IMG/VR virus record: IMGVR_UViG_3300043449_000430 | Span: 1 to 55,468 of that record | Source: a virus | Taxonomy: Duplodnaviria; Caudoviricetes | DNA length: 55,468 bases | Direction: 5' to 3' (one strand) | In this document: positions 43,801-52,835 of the stretch, in pieces | Layout: every line of letters begins with the position of its first letter | Numbering within the stretch: position 1 is the stretch's first letter | The notes under the pieces: model-generated | What the model was told of the DNA's origin: nothing | The model's input: only the letters and a program-made list of their open reading frames with translations | Databases searched by the model: none | Made by a program: the position numbers and the translations under genes

Positions 43801-46800
43801 AAACTCTTGACCACTATCAATAAGCCCTTCTTTTTGTAGGTTTGCTGCTTGTGTATTTACAACATCTACATACGCTAACTGATTTGGATCATTCTTATAT
43901 CTAGCAGTTGTTGACTTCTTCATTCCATTCATCATTGACTCTTGAAGCCCACCAGCATTATTGTATTGAGATATCATGTCTTCAGAAAGTTTTGCTTGAG
44001 CGTTAGTTAACTTATCTCTTTCTCCAACTGTACCTTTTTCCTTATCTCCCAAATACTTTTTCTCTAACTCCAGGGCTTCGTTAATCTTTCCCTGCAGTCT
44101 TAGTTCTTCAATTTTCTTTTGATAGTACATATCCAATGAGTCAAGCATTTGCTTATTTTGCTCTAGGGCAATCTTTGCATCTACAGCATATGCTGCTCCT
44201 AATTGTCCTGCTTGCTCTGTAAATTTCTTTGAAGCAAAGTAACCACCAATTGCTCCCGCTGCTGCTCCGATTCCACCACCAATAATTGCTCCGACAACAT
44301 TTCCAACTCCAGGAACGATTGATCCAAGAACTGCTCCGACAGTTGCTCCTGCTGCAGCGGTTGCACCGATTCCAACCTTTTGCATAGTTGCCTGTCCAGC
44401 AAGTTTTGTTATTGGGTTAGCCTTATTGATGTTCTTGGCACTGTTTTGCATATTCTTAGCATTTGCAGCAACCATATCCATTCTAACCTTCAATGGCTCT
44501 TTATCAAGTCTTTCTCCATTTGGACCAAGCATTTCTTCCATCTGGGCAATTACCTTAAGACCTATAGACATATCTCCTGCTTCTCTTGCAGTATTCATTG
44601 CCAAACTTCTTGCCTGGTTCATGTCCATTGCACCAGACATTATTGCTGCCGATAATTGTCCACTTAAATCTTTTGCTGCTACATTGCCCTTGCCAGCAGC
44701 ATTCTGTTGCGAAACTCTCTTAGTTAATTCTTTTCCTTCTTTTGTCTGAACAAAGGCCTCTCCATAGGTTGTCTTTCCTGTTGCTGGTCCAAGCATTTGG
44801 AAAGAATTTTTTCTTCTTAGATCCATTTGCTCTGAGGCAGTTACTTTACCGCTGAACTTTGCTATGTTATTTATTGCAGAGTTAGAGCCCTTAAACTTTT
44901 CGCCTTCTTCCAAAACCTTGTTTGCTGCCTTATCAAATGCCATTCTTAATGCGATTATTGAACCAACTATTGCTGTGAGTCCAAGAGCAACAGAAGCAAC
45001 TGGGCTCTTCAACATTGGAGCAATCATTGAAAGACCCATCAATGGCATCATAAGTTTTTGTGAGATTTCACCAACTTTTCCTGGTGCCATAGACCCAATC
45101 ATTGCAGCACCTGATGCAAGACCAAGCGCTCCTCCCATGCCCATCCCTGGTTTTGCTGTTCCTGCTGCTTTTGCTGCAGCCTGCTTTGCCTGACGTGCCT
45201 TAAAACTTTCAAGAACTTTTGCTGACACAGTATTTTTTTGAACGGTCTGTGTTGCTTTGTCTAGTACTTTTGAAAAAACTGAAACTGGTGCTGCAAGTTC
45301 TTTAGTCAATCCAATTAGTGGCTTGCCCTGTCTTTGCAATTTGTCATTTTGTTTTCTTATAGATTTCTGAGAAGCAGTTGGGGCCTCTGTGCCGTACATC
45401 TTTCGTGCATTAGCCTGTCTCGCTTCTGCTGCGTTGGCTTCTCTTGCTGCTCTTAGTGCTGCTGCACGTTCTCTTACTTCTGGAGTCACATAGTCAACGG
45501 GGGCAACAGGTGCTTTCGGCACTCCGACTAGTGGTAGACCCTGCTTTGCATTACTATCATTCTTTCTTCTCAAAGCCTTTTCGTATGCAGTTGGCTTATC
45601 TGTTCCATATCTTTGTCTTGCATTTGCTTCTGCAAGTGCCTTTTTCTTTGCTAGTTTTTCGATTGCTCTTTCTTCGATTCGAGCAGCCAAGGCTGGATTA
45701 ATTATAGTAGGAGCATCGGCTCTTCCTCTAATATTAGTTACATTACGAACTTGTGATGTCTTTGCTTTTGGCGCTGTTCTAGTGTCGCTAGGACTCTTAG
45801 TCTTTGTATTTTTGCCTTTTGGCTGAGTCTTTGGCTTTTTTGCTTTACCCTTTTCGTCTATGACAACTTCGTTAGGCTTTATAGCAATTGAACGATGCTT
45901 GTCGTATAGTGGCCTCCAGTCTTTTACCTGTGCACCTTCATTTACTCTACGTAAAATATCTAGATATGCTGGTCTTAGTGGATCATCTAGAGGAATCTTT
46001 GCAACGAATGCTTCTGTATTTGCCTGAATCCTTTTAATTTCTTTTTTCATGTCACGATCATAATGATCTGCAGTATACTTTGAACTATTTATATTCTTTT
46101 GAGTTTCATTAGCAAACCAGTTTGGAGAATTCTTTGCTTGTGTTCCAGGAACTCCCTGGAGGTTTCTCTCTGCCATTTCATAGATTGATGGCATATTTGT
46201 TGAAAGCGTACGCAAGCCAGCCTTTCTAGTAGATGTAGCCCTATCAAACACACCTGCAGTTCCAACATCTGCTAATACATTTCCTCCAAGATTTCCAATC
46301 TTAAGATCTTTATCCCCACGGAGTCCTGATGCAACAAGTTGTCTAAAGTATTGGTCTCTAGTAAATGTCTTTGGCATTTTCTTTTCGTCAAATTTGGTAT
46401 CATACTTAGACTCTAATACAATAATTTTTCTCTTTCTTTCTGGATCTGAAGGATCTATTATTGTGCTGATTTTTTGTTCTGGTGTATTAAGGCCGTGGAC
46501 TTCTCTTGCAAAGTCAGTTGCTCTTTTTTCTGCTAGAGCATCCAGTTCAGTCATCATTGGCTTTACAAAGACTTTACCATTTGGACCATCGTACAGTCCG
46601 CCTACTCCTGGAACATCAAAACTATATCCAGTTGTTGGTGCAATAAGTTTACCAAAATTAGTCGCTGGCAACTTGCCAGATTTTGTTTGTGAAGCGAGGT
46701 CTGCAGTTTCCTTTAACTTTCGTTGATCTGAAGTTCCAAACCTTTTTGATGGATCATCCTCTGCAACTCTTTCAAGAATTACTCCCTTATCCTTTGGGAA

Positions 46801-49764
46801 AATATCTGCAAGAGACTTTAGACCTCCTTCGCCAAAAGCACCTATACCCTTTGCTGCTCTCCACTCTAAGCCAGCATCAACTAGATGCGCTTGGTATATC
46901 TTATCTTTTTTAACTGATCTAGTTTTGTCTAGTTCTATATCGTATCTTGCTATATTTCTAAATGTTCTTGCTGCTTCTGCAGTTACTGGATGCTTACCCT
47001 GCATAAGGCCTCTGAGTTCTTTTCTATCAATGCCACGCTTTTCCAGTTCAGCGTCTGTCATGTTTAACAAGTTCTTTCCGAGGTCACCCTCGACAGTGTT
47101 CATGTAGTTATTGATATACCCTGGGTCTGGCGAAATATTTACTATTCTCCATCGCTTCTTTCCATCAGGTCCAATATCTTTTTCACGGTGTGCTTTAGAA
47201 GTTGTAAAAGAATCTTTTAACTGTGTTTCAGTAAGTGGTGGCAGACCACGATCCTTTAATGTTTTTTGGAGTGCTTCTTTTTCTTCCAGAATTACCGCTG
47301 CATTTTTTTCATTATATACGTCTACCATTTTTTTAACAAGTGGGGACCTATTAGACATATTCTCTCTTTGAATAGATCTTTTAATTTGGCTTGGAGTAAG
47401 TGATTTGCCTTCTTGAGATCTATAACTAAGAACCTCAGCCAGTCTTGCTTTTGTAAATGTTTTTCCTGTTGTTGTGTCTGTAAGAGTGCCATCTGGGTTT
47501 CTTACAAGGCTATTTATGTAGTCTCTTACCCGTGTTGCTCTCTGAGCAGTTCTTGCGTTATATTCTTTACCATCAAAAGTTACACCAGTTGATCCTACAC
47601 TAAACTTTTGAACCTTCTGTCCTGCAACCATTCGTGCAATTATTGGTCTGTTTGCTGGATCCTGTGCAGGACCTGCTGGGATAACTGCTTCTCCAGGAGT
47701 AAGCATTGCTGGAATGGTATCTTTGTTGCCTGTTCCAGGAACACTTGTAATACCACTTGAATACTTTCTGCTTTGTGGAGGGCCACCCATTTTGCCAGGT
47801 GTACGAACTGGTCCAGTAAATCCTACCTGTGCTGCGATTGCTCTTCTGTATGCATCTGCAAGCATATTTACTGCTGCTGCTTCAGATGTAAATGTTTGTC
47901 TAAGTCTTTGGTGTACCTGATCAAGAGATGCTGCAACTGCTGATGCCTCTATTTGTTCTTTACTTAAATAGTTTGTTTGTTCTCCTAAAACCCTACTTGT
48001 ATTGCCAGTACGGTTGTACATAGACTTTATGCCTGCAAATAATTTTATTATATTCGCTGCAGCGTTTGCTATCAAACCAAATGTCATAAGTAGTACTGGA
48101 CCAACGCCTGCAACTCCGACAGTTAGCAGGGTAATAAACTTCTTAGTTCCATCTCCAAGATTATTAAACTTATCTAGAATCTTTCCAACAAACTCAACAA
48201 TAGGAGTCAGGGCCTTTAGGAACTGCTCTCCAACTGGGGCAATTGCCACCTTAAGGTCTTCCATTGACTTCTTAAACTTATAAGTTGTTGTATTCTGAAT
48301 CTTATCCATTTCTCGCTGTGACAAGATTGCAAGTTCTTCTGTAGTTGCTTTTGTAAGGCCTAGCACTCTTTGTGCCTGTGTACCCTGGGCTGTTACGTTC
48401 TGAAACAATGTAGAAAGTCTTGAGAACTGGAACTTACCAAATAGTTGCTCAATTGCTCTTGCACGGTTAAGAGGATCAAGTGTATCTAATGCTTGTGCAA
48501 AACCAACAACAGTTCCTTTAATATCTCCCTTGTTCGCTTCAACGATTCCCTTAATATTAACGCCAAGGCCAGCAAGCATTTTGCTTGCCTTTTCTGATGG
48601 ATTGATAAGTGATGCTAGACCAGACTTGAGAGCATTAGCGCCCTCAGATGCATTAATTCCACCTTCCTTCATTGCTGTAAGGAAGAATGCTAAATCTTCT
48701 ACGTCTCCTCCAAGTTGCTGAACGACTGGTCCAGCCTTTGGAATTGCTATGGTTAGGTCTTCAATAGATACTACAGTCTGGTTTTCAACTGCGTTAAGAA
48801 AGTCAATCTTGTTTGCTAAATCTTCTGCTGCAACTCCAAATGCATTGGTTACAGAAATTGTTGTCTCTAAAGCCTGCGCTTGCTCTACACCACCAAGGAC
48901 TGCAAGACGAGTTGCTTGTGCAACCTGTGCAGTTAGTTCTGCACCCATCTTACCCATTGCTGCTGCATCCGCAGCCATCTTCATTGTATCTTCTACTGCA
49001 ACGCCATACTTAGTATACTCTCTTGCAAGCGTCTGTATCTGCTTGACCATTGCATCGGTTTCTTCTTGCGTTGTAAACATTTCTCCATACACTCGCTTGA
49101 AACGAATTGCCTGCTCTTCAAGTTTCATGAATGTCTTAGCAGCAGTTGTTCCAAGCATTGCCAAAGGAACGGTGAAACCGACCATCAACTGGCGACCAGC
49201 CCATTGTGTATTCTTACCGAAGTTTAGAAGATTTGTCGATCCCTGCTTTAAAAGTTGATTTAAAAGTTGCTGTCTTTGTGCAGCAATGGCAGTCTGTGTG
49301 CCAAGGTTCTTCATGTCTAGAGTTAAAGGTCTTACAGCAATTGACTGTAGTGCCCCATTTGCACCACGCCCCATTTTAATATATTGGGTCTGAACATCCT
49401 TTACACGCTCTCGTGCTACCTTGTTTATTGTTTCAAATTCTGACTTAAAGAGTCTGCCGAATGTTTTGGTTGCTGCGCCTGTGTATCTGAAGTATTCTCT
49501 AGATGTTAGTTTATTGCGCTCTAACGCATTTGTAAAATGCTCTGTGCTTGTTGTTACCTGTCGCATAGACGCCTGGAATTGTCCAGTAGCATTTATGCTG
49601 TTCATCAAGTTTTGGGCTTGATTTGCTGCTACCGCTGAGGCTGCGGTACCAGACTTTGCCATTTGTGTATGGAAGGCTGATATTTGACGTTGCAGAAGTT
49701 TTAGACTTGCTAAAGCATCAGACGTATCAATATTTACATGAATATTGGATTCAACATCAGCCAT
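40861..49764 (-). CDS. Tape measure protein with internal cargo domains
   Basis: 2967 aa; TP901-type TMP core (GANALKSGL), hydrophobic segments, coiled coils; follows the tail chaperones. Confidence 0.92.
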   Translation of the reverse strand: MADVESNIHVNIDTSDALASLKLLQRQISAFHTQMAKSGTAASAVAANQAQNLMNSINATGQFQASMRQVTTSTEHFTNALERNKLTSREYFRYTGAATKTFGRLFKSEFETINKVARERVKDVQTQYIKMGRGANGALQSIAVRPLTLDMKNLGTQTAIAAQRQQLLNQLLKQGSTNLLNFGKNTQWAGRQLMVGFTVPLAMLGTTAAKTFMKLEEQAIRFKRVYGEMFTTQEETDAMVKQIQTLAREYTKYGVAVEDTMKMAADAAAMGKMGAELTAQVAQATRLAVLGGVEQAQALETTISVTNAFGVAAEDLANKIDFLNAVENQTVVSIEDLTIAIPKAGPVVQQLGGDVEDLAFFLTAMKEGGINASEGANALKSGLASLINPSEKASKMLAGLGVNIKGIVEANKGDIKGTVVGFAQALDTLDPLNRARAIEQLFGKFQFSRLSTLFQNVTAQGTQAQRVLGLTKATTEELAILSQREMDKIQNTTTYKFKKSMEDLKVAIAPVGEQFLKALTPIVEFVGKILDKFNNLGDGTKKFITLLTVGVAGVGPVLLMTFGLIANAAANIIKLFAGIKSMYNRTGNTSRVLGEQTNYLSKEQIEASAVAASLDQVHQRLRQTFTSEAAAVNMLADAYRRAIAAQVGFTGPVRTPGKMGGPPQSRKYSSGITSVPGTGNKDTIPAMLTPGEAVIPAGPAQDPANRPIIARMVAGQKVQKFSVGSTGVTFDGKEYNARTAQRATRVRDYINSLVRNPDGTLTDTTTGKTFTKARLAEVLSYRSQEGKSLTPSQIKRSIQRENMSNRSPLVKKMVDVYNEKNAAVILEEKEALQKTLKDRGLPPLTETQLKDSFTTSKAHREKDIGPDGKKRWRIVNISPDPGYINNYMNTVEGDLGKNLLNMTDAELEKRGIDRKELRGLMQGKHPVTAEAARTFRNIARYDIELDKTRSVKKDKIYQAHLVDAGLEWRAAKGIGAFGEGGLKSLADIFPKDKGVILERVAEDDPSKRFGTSDQRKLKETADLASQTKSGKLPATNFGKLIAPTTGYSFDVPGVGGLYDGPNGKVFVKPMMTELDALAEKRATDFAREVHGLNTPEQKISTIIDPSDPERKRKIIVLESKYDTKFDEKKMPKTFTRDQYFRQLVASGLRGDKDLKIGNLGGNVLADVGTAGVFDRATSTRKAGLRTLSTNMPSIYEMAERNLQGVPGTQAKNSPNWFANETQKNINSSKYTADHYDRDMKKEIKRIQANTEAFVAKIPLDDPLRPAYLDILRRVNEGAQVKDWRPLYDKHRSIAIKPNEVVIDEKGKAKKPKTQPKGKNTKTKSPSDTRTAPKAKTSQVRNVTNIRGRADAPTIINPALAARIEERAIEKLAKKKALAEANARQRYGTDKPTAYEKALRRKNDSNAKQGLPLVGVPKAPVAPVDYVTPEVRERAAALRAAREANAAEARQANARKMYGTEAPTASQKSIRKQNDKLQRQGKPLIGLTKELAAPVSVFSKVLDKATQTVQKNTVSAKVLESFKARQAKQAAAKAAGTAKPGMGMGGALGLASGAAMIGSMAPGKVGEISQKLMMPLMGLSMIAPMLKSPVASVALGLTAIVGSIIALRMAFDKAANKVLEEGEKFKGSNSAINNIAKFSGKVTASEQMDLRRKNSFQMLGPATGKTTYGEAFVQTKEGKELTKRVSQQNAAGKGNVAAKDLSGQLSAAIMSGAMDMNQARSLAMNTAREAGDMSIGLKVIAQMEEMLGPNGERLDKEPLKVRMDMVAANAKNMQNSAKNINKANPITKLAGQATMQKVGIGATAAAGATVGAVLGSIVPGVGNVVGAIIGGGIGAAAGAIGGYFASKKFTEQAGQLGAAYAVDAKIALEQNKQMLDSLDMYYQKKIEELRLQGKINEALELEKKYLGDKEKGTVGERDKLTNAQAKLSEDMISQYNNAGGLQESMMNGMKKSTTARYKNDPNQLAYVDVVNTQAANLQKEGLIDSGQEFLIQAKMASGDIPPAVFRSLLQLATDNEDIAPKMMNIITKFSGATSESIGVAAQNILGADKVVNKTVQTEFINKVSAFEKESDALDFTKNMIKLNNLNAVIPSDVMVSYYTKNTKAYEDLNKMLDSIEGEKDLTAEIVYKIIPKVEGTAAFDEAYFNTLDENEQKVYSTTIASLINVPEPEILESADFKAWRQEGGPKGGKDVKGSKSYIVQKYIESQGWKAVKDGVQVDTSTAPPGSGGGGATKVEASPLDDLVKKLRDVRKNQIKVTEGWSASRKALDGLFGGKKTIDVFSGIENDIRKLGGSQDFIELIVGMDPKEYEKRKNSLFKFDNKGNIVGLKNDAKNIQEAMNSIAMGDWNSSMEAESKALLDQGKAFDRIAGLGVPVANAYDLITDKTIAQAIANGVNDKTLKTLISRYKGLTEAQEKSAAIQGVRTDIAQFKKDRVQEDRIRSKYSSETAAAIGSDENLRSMESAIAAQEALVQKRIKSGADKELIKTAQADLNKMVSEFDERLNQLKNTIGYMQDIFDEGFGNAMEAFDVQETALQIKFDLDTKESNKIIEEAQNTIAGIQYSIDDKEASLKAIEDQEKKINEKYDERIRALDEVEKANASIADQQRGQLTLAEALTSGDIAAAARAAQDMRAQQAADAVTKQKDAVDQARQYELDSVKAYDPTTKSYKTRKELEADIKKLQDEIFDLEEKKIEPAQEFVRLRQIQLDKDIEGLTVLGKTRDAWEAIKNQVDVAMISSKKFIESMQLGLNTQNKLIQGYNNQQASGNDPIVGAAYDPAVVPTTTTAATTAPTTTTTAPTTTTATTTQAPAATSTSSSVDGRAALSKLTSGQTLSAAERSYLGMAPVVAPKTAAEIIAERKAKYGYLSGGGIVPKYFAAGGFARGTDTIPAMLTPGEFVMSKYAVDSYGIDNLKKINNGDASGGAVYNNTYTLTVNAKTDANPNEIAQAVMSTIKQVEDRRIRGIGINGR

Positions 49765-49782
49765 CCATTAACACCTCTTTAT

Positions 49783-50106
49783 TTAGTTATTTCCAAGATT
49801 GCCGAGTAATGATGCGTCAGAAAGTTTAATTCCTGATGCCTCTTCGACGATCTTGTACACTGTTGGAAGATCCAGATTTTCTTCTAGAGATTCCTTGTCT
49901 TCTGCCAATTCTGGCTTGTATTGTTGCATTGCGATTTGTACACAGTCCATAAGTAGATCCATAGACTTTTCGTTATCGTCTGCGACCTTTGCGATATCCT
50001 CAAACTTCTTCATAAATGGACGAAGTAGCGAGATCTTTAGTGGTCGGACCTTGACCTTTGTGCCGTCAATTAGTGTTACTGTCTTTTCTTCAGTGGCAGT
50101 TGCCAT
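49783..50106 (-). CDS. Tail assembly chaperone (short form)
   Basis: 107 aa directly before the TMP; AGGAGG SD; own TGGTATAAT at 50133-50141. Confidence 0.7.
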   Translation of the reverse strand: MATATEEKTVTLIDGTKVKVRPLKISLLRPFMKKFEDIAKVADDNEKSMDLLMDCVQIAMQQYKPELAEDKESLEENLDLPTVYKIVEEASGIKLSDASLLGNLGNN

Positions 50107-50164
50107 TTATTCCTCCTTATAAGGTTTAGTCAATTATACCATAGGAGAGGCTTATTTTTTGCTA

Positions 50165-50842
50165 TTAATAAGTTTCATAGTCAAGCCCCATTCCTATACC
50201 AAAACCAGCCCTTTCAGCATTCATTCCTTGTAAGGCTAGAATATCATTTCCATTAGTTGTTGCACCTTTGCTAAAAACTCTAGCCTTCATATCTTCCCAT
50301 TCGTTACCGCTTCCAGAATTCTTATCTAGATCTACACCCTGCATAGAGGCAGCAAACTTCTTATCTGAATAATCTAGTTCTCTTTTTATTTGAAGAGTTG
50401 CAGTTAGTTCTTGCATAGACAAAGATGACTCTAGTTCATGATAGTCTTTCCATATTCCAAGCAAGAAAACCTCAGACTCTAGTTTTGCTAAGTCTAATGT
50501 GTCCCACGTGGATCCGCTATCTACTGCCTGATTTTTTACTGTATCCTCTGACTTCTCATTAATTTTAATACCTGCTGCAACATCAATTATTTCATAGATT
50601 GTTGGCAAGTCTAGGTTGTCTTCTAGTTCTTCTATGGTTTTTATAGACGGGCAATACTGTTGCATTGATATAAGAGCACACTGTGCAAGAACAGCAATTG
50701 ATTCATCATCTGTTTTTGCATCTTTGATTGTCTCAAAGTTTTCTAAGAATTCTCTAAGGTATTTTATTTTTAATGGCGAAACAGTAATAATCCTGTCATC
50801 GACTAATGATATTTTTTTGGTATCGTATACTTTTGTTGCCAT
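50165..50842 (-). CDS. Tail assembly chaperone paralog (long form)
   Basis: N-terminal ~100 aa align by eye to 49783..50106; extra C-terminal domain; leaderless start at 50842. Confidence 0.7.
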   Translation of the reverse strand: MATKVYDTKKISLVDDRIITVSPLKIKYLREFLENFETIKDAKTDDESIAVLAQCALISMQQYCPSIKTIEELEDNLDLPTIYEIIDVAAGIKINEKSEDTVKNQAVDSGSTWDTLDLAKLESEVFLLGIWKDYHELESSLSMQELTATLQIKRELDYSDKKFAASMQGVDLDKNSGSGNEWEDMKARVFSKGATTNGNDILALQGMNAERAGFGIGMGLDYETY

Positions 50843-50860
50843 TATACAAGTATACCAAAC

Positions 50861-50890
50861 AGAAAGGCCCAACCCCGAAGGATTGAGCCT
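50861..50890 (-). terminator. Intrinsic terminator after the major tail gene
   Basis: AGGCTCAATCC-TTCG-GGGTTGGGCCT-TTCT (cUUCGg tetraloop). Confidence 0.75.
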
Positions 50891-50908
50891 CTCATATATT
50901 AAGTTGTA

Positions 50909-51565
50909 TTATGCTGATAGTGAGCGGTCTACGATCTTACCGTAAGACGCATTATCATTTGGAAGGAGACGGAATGAAACTTCAAACATTGTTGCTTCAT
51001 CACGCTTTGCTGATACTGTTACATTCTCGATTGAGAGTGCACGGTATGCAACATAGATTCTTTCCTTTGGATCTAGAGAAGAACCAGAACCTGGTCCTAC
51101 TGCTACAAGACCACGCTCTAGTGGAACGTCGCCAATGTCACCTGCAGACATCTTGAGTGTTGAGACTCCTGATGCTGAAGTAAGATCTGTGTCACTTCCT
51201 GCAATTGCTACTAGAAGGTTTTCTAGTGTTGCCTCTGCGAAAGATGTATTTAGATTAACTGTCATACCTTGCTTGAAAAGACGAGCAACGTCGAGAAGTT
51301 GGTCTACTGCTACATCACCAAAGTCTGGCTGGAATGCGAGTTCCAAACCATTTGATGTGTAACCGATGTTTGTGTATTCATCATTCTCTGACAAAGTGTC
51401 TTTGTATGATGTTGCTGATGCAGTAAATACTGGAAGATCTGATGATGCTTGAAGATCAGTTATCTTGTTAGTTACTGAATCGTATCCGATTGGACCTGCG
51501 TCATGCGTAAAGAGTGCTGCTGCACCTACGATGATATTGCTACTTGAACCACGGCTGTATGCCAT
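50909..51565 (-). CDS. Major tail (tube) protein
   Basis: NIIVGAA, GYTSNGLE, VDQ, AEATLENL motifs; position before the chaperones. Confidence 0.8.
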   Translation of the reverse strand: MAYSRGSSSNIIVGAAALFTHDAGPIGYDSVTNKITDLQASSDLPVFTASATSYKDTLSENDEYTNIGYTSNGLELAFQPDFGDVAVDQLLDVARLFKQGMTVNLNTSFAEATLENLLVAIAGSDTDLTSASGVSTLKMSAGDIGDVPLERGLVAVGPGSGSSLDPKERIYVAYRALSIENVTVSAKRDEATMFEVSFRLLPNDNASYGKIVDRSLSA

Positions 51566-51630
51566 ATATTTCACCTCTTTCATTTTATTAAAAGGGGGTT
51601 GTTTCCTCACCTTAATTATAACACCTTTTA

Positions 51631-52161
51631 TTAAGGGTTTACTGGGTGCCAGTCGTAGTCTATAATTATCTTATTCCCCGCATACGTACGGGCTGTACCA
51701 AAGTCTACGATATCTCTGGTCTCTTCTAGTTGGTAGATCTTAAAATTATGAAAGAATACTGGCTTAGATTCTGGCCAAGCACCCTGGTTTGCTGATGCCC
51801 ACTCATTTAACTCTTGTGCTGACTCATCTCCACGATCTAGCAGGTCTTGAACTCTTTGAGTTATTCTGATCAAATTGGGAACAGCATTTTCTTCTAAAGC
51901 ATTAAAATAGTAAAGCAACTGCTCACATTTAATATGAGGGAATGGCATTCTTCTCATTTTAAACATTCTGTCATATATTGCAGCATTACCATTAAAAGAA
52001 AATATAGTTCCTTCTGTTAGGTCATTTATAGTAAATTCTTGAGCCAAGCCTGCCATATCTGTAGGCACTGTTGGAAACATTGGAATAGCACCAAAGTCTG
52101 GGCCTAGTTTTTGCTGCAAGTATGCATTAATGATTGTAGGCGGATGATGTATGGTAGCCAT
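51631..52161 (-). CDS. Putative tail terminator/completion protein
   Basis: Position just before the major tail gene. Confidence 0.5.
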   Translation of the reverse strand: MATIHHPPTIINAYLQQKLGPDFGAIPMFPTVPTDMAGLAQEFTINDLTEGTIFSFNGNAAIYDRMFKMRRMPFPHIKCEQLLYYFNALEENAVPNLIRITQRVQDLLDRGDESAQELNEWASANQGAWPESKPVFFHNFKIYQLEETRDIVDFGTARTYAGNKIIIDYDWHPVNP

Positions 52162-52835
52162 TATGCATCAACTCCTGCGTTGGCAATCCAGCGATAGCCA
52201 GTAGATACACCCTTAGATCTGCCCATCTTTTTACCTGCTTGAATATTTTTCTTATACAGTTGCGGATTCTCAAGATATTGTGCAATACCGCTTGATCTTA
52301 AGAATGCTTGAGAAAAGTATCTATTAAAGAACATATCAAATACCTTTTCAAAACCACCCTGAACTTCTGTTCCTCCAGGGTTGTCTACACGCACTTCATT
52401 TCTAGTAAAAACCATTTCTCCATTTTCTTCAAATGCCAAAACCTGTGCAGCCTTTGGTCTGATGGTGACTGGAATGCCTTCTTCCATTATTCTTGCCTTA
52501 TCATAAAACGGAGTTCTAGATCCGTTCTTGATTGATACTGATTGGCTAAATGAAGACTTAAATGACAGCCCTAGGTTGCTAGTTGTATATGAAATATCAT
52601 ACAATCTAGCGCTTGGGCTTCCTGTTTGATTCCACTCGTATATGTGATGAAGCATTTCTGGATTAACTCTTGCATTAGAGTCAATAAATTGTTTCATCAA
52701 CTCTACAGTTTCCATTCCTAGTGTTTTCAAAAATACTGTTTTTCCTCTTTGTACCCCGTCTAAAAATCCAATAGAGTAGTTAACAATATTATTCATCTCT
52801 TTTTTGAACTGGTTAGAATTAAAGACCGCTCTCAT
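52161..52835 (-). CDS. Putative neck/tail completion protein
   Basis: Position; EEG..VTIRPK...V.NPG motif. Confidence 0.5.
   Translation of the reverse strand: MRAVFNSNQFKKEMNNIVNYSIGFLDGVQRGKTVFLKTLGMETVELMKQFIDSNARVNPEMLHHIYEWNQTGSPSARLYDISYTTSNLGLSFKSSFSQSVSIKNGSRTPFYDKARIMEEGIPVTIRPKAAQVLAFEENGEMVFTRNEVRVDNPGGTEVQGGFEKVFDMFFNRYFSQAFLRSSGIAQYLENPQLYKKNIQAGKKMGRSKGVSTGYRWIANAGVDA

Noticed and set aside
49783-50842. Programmed -1 frameshift linking the tail chaperone ORFs
   Set aside because: The ORFs do not overlap, the short one is downstream, and each has its own start signals
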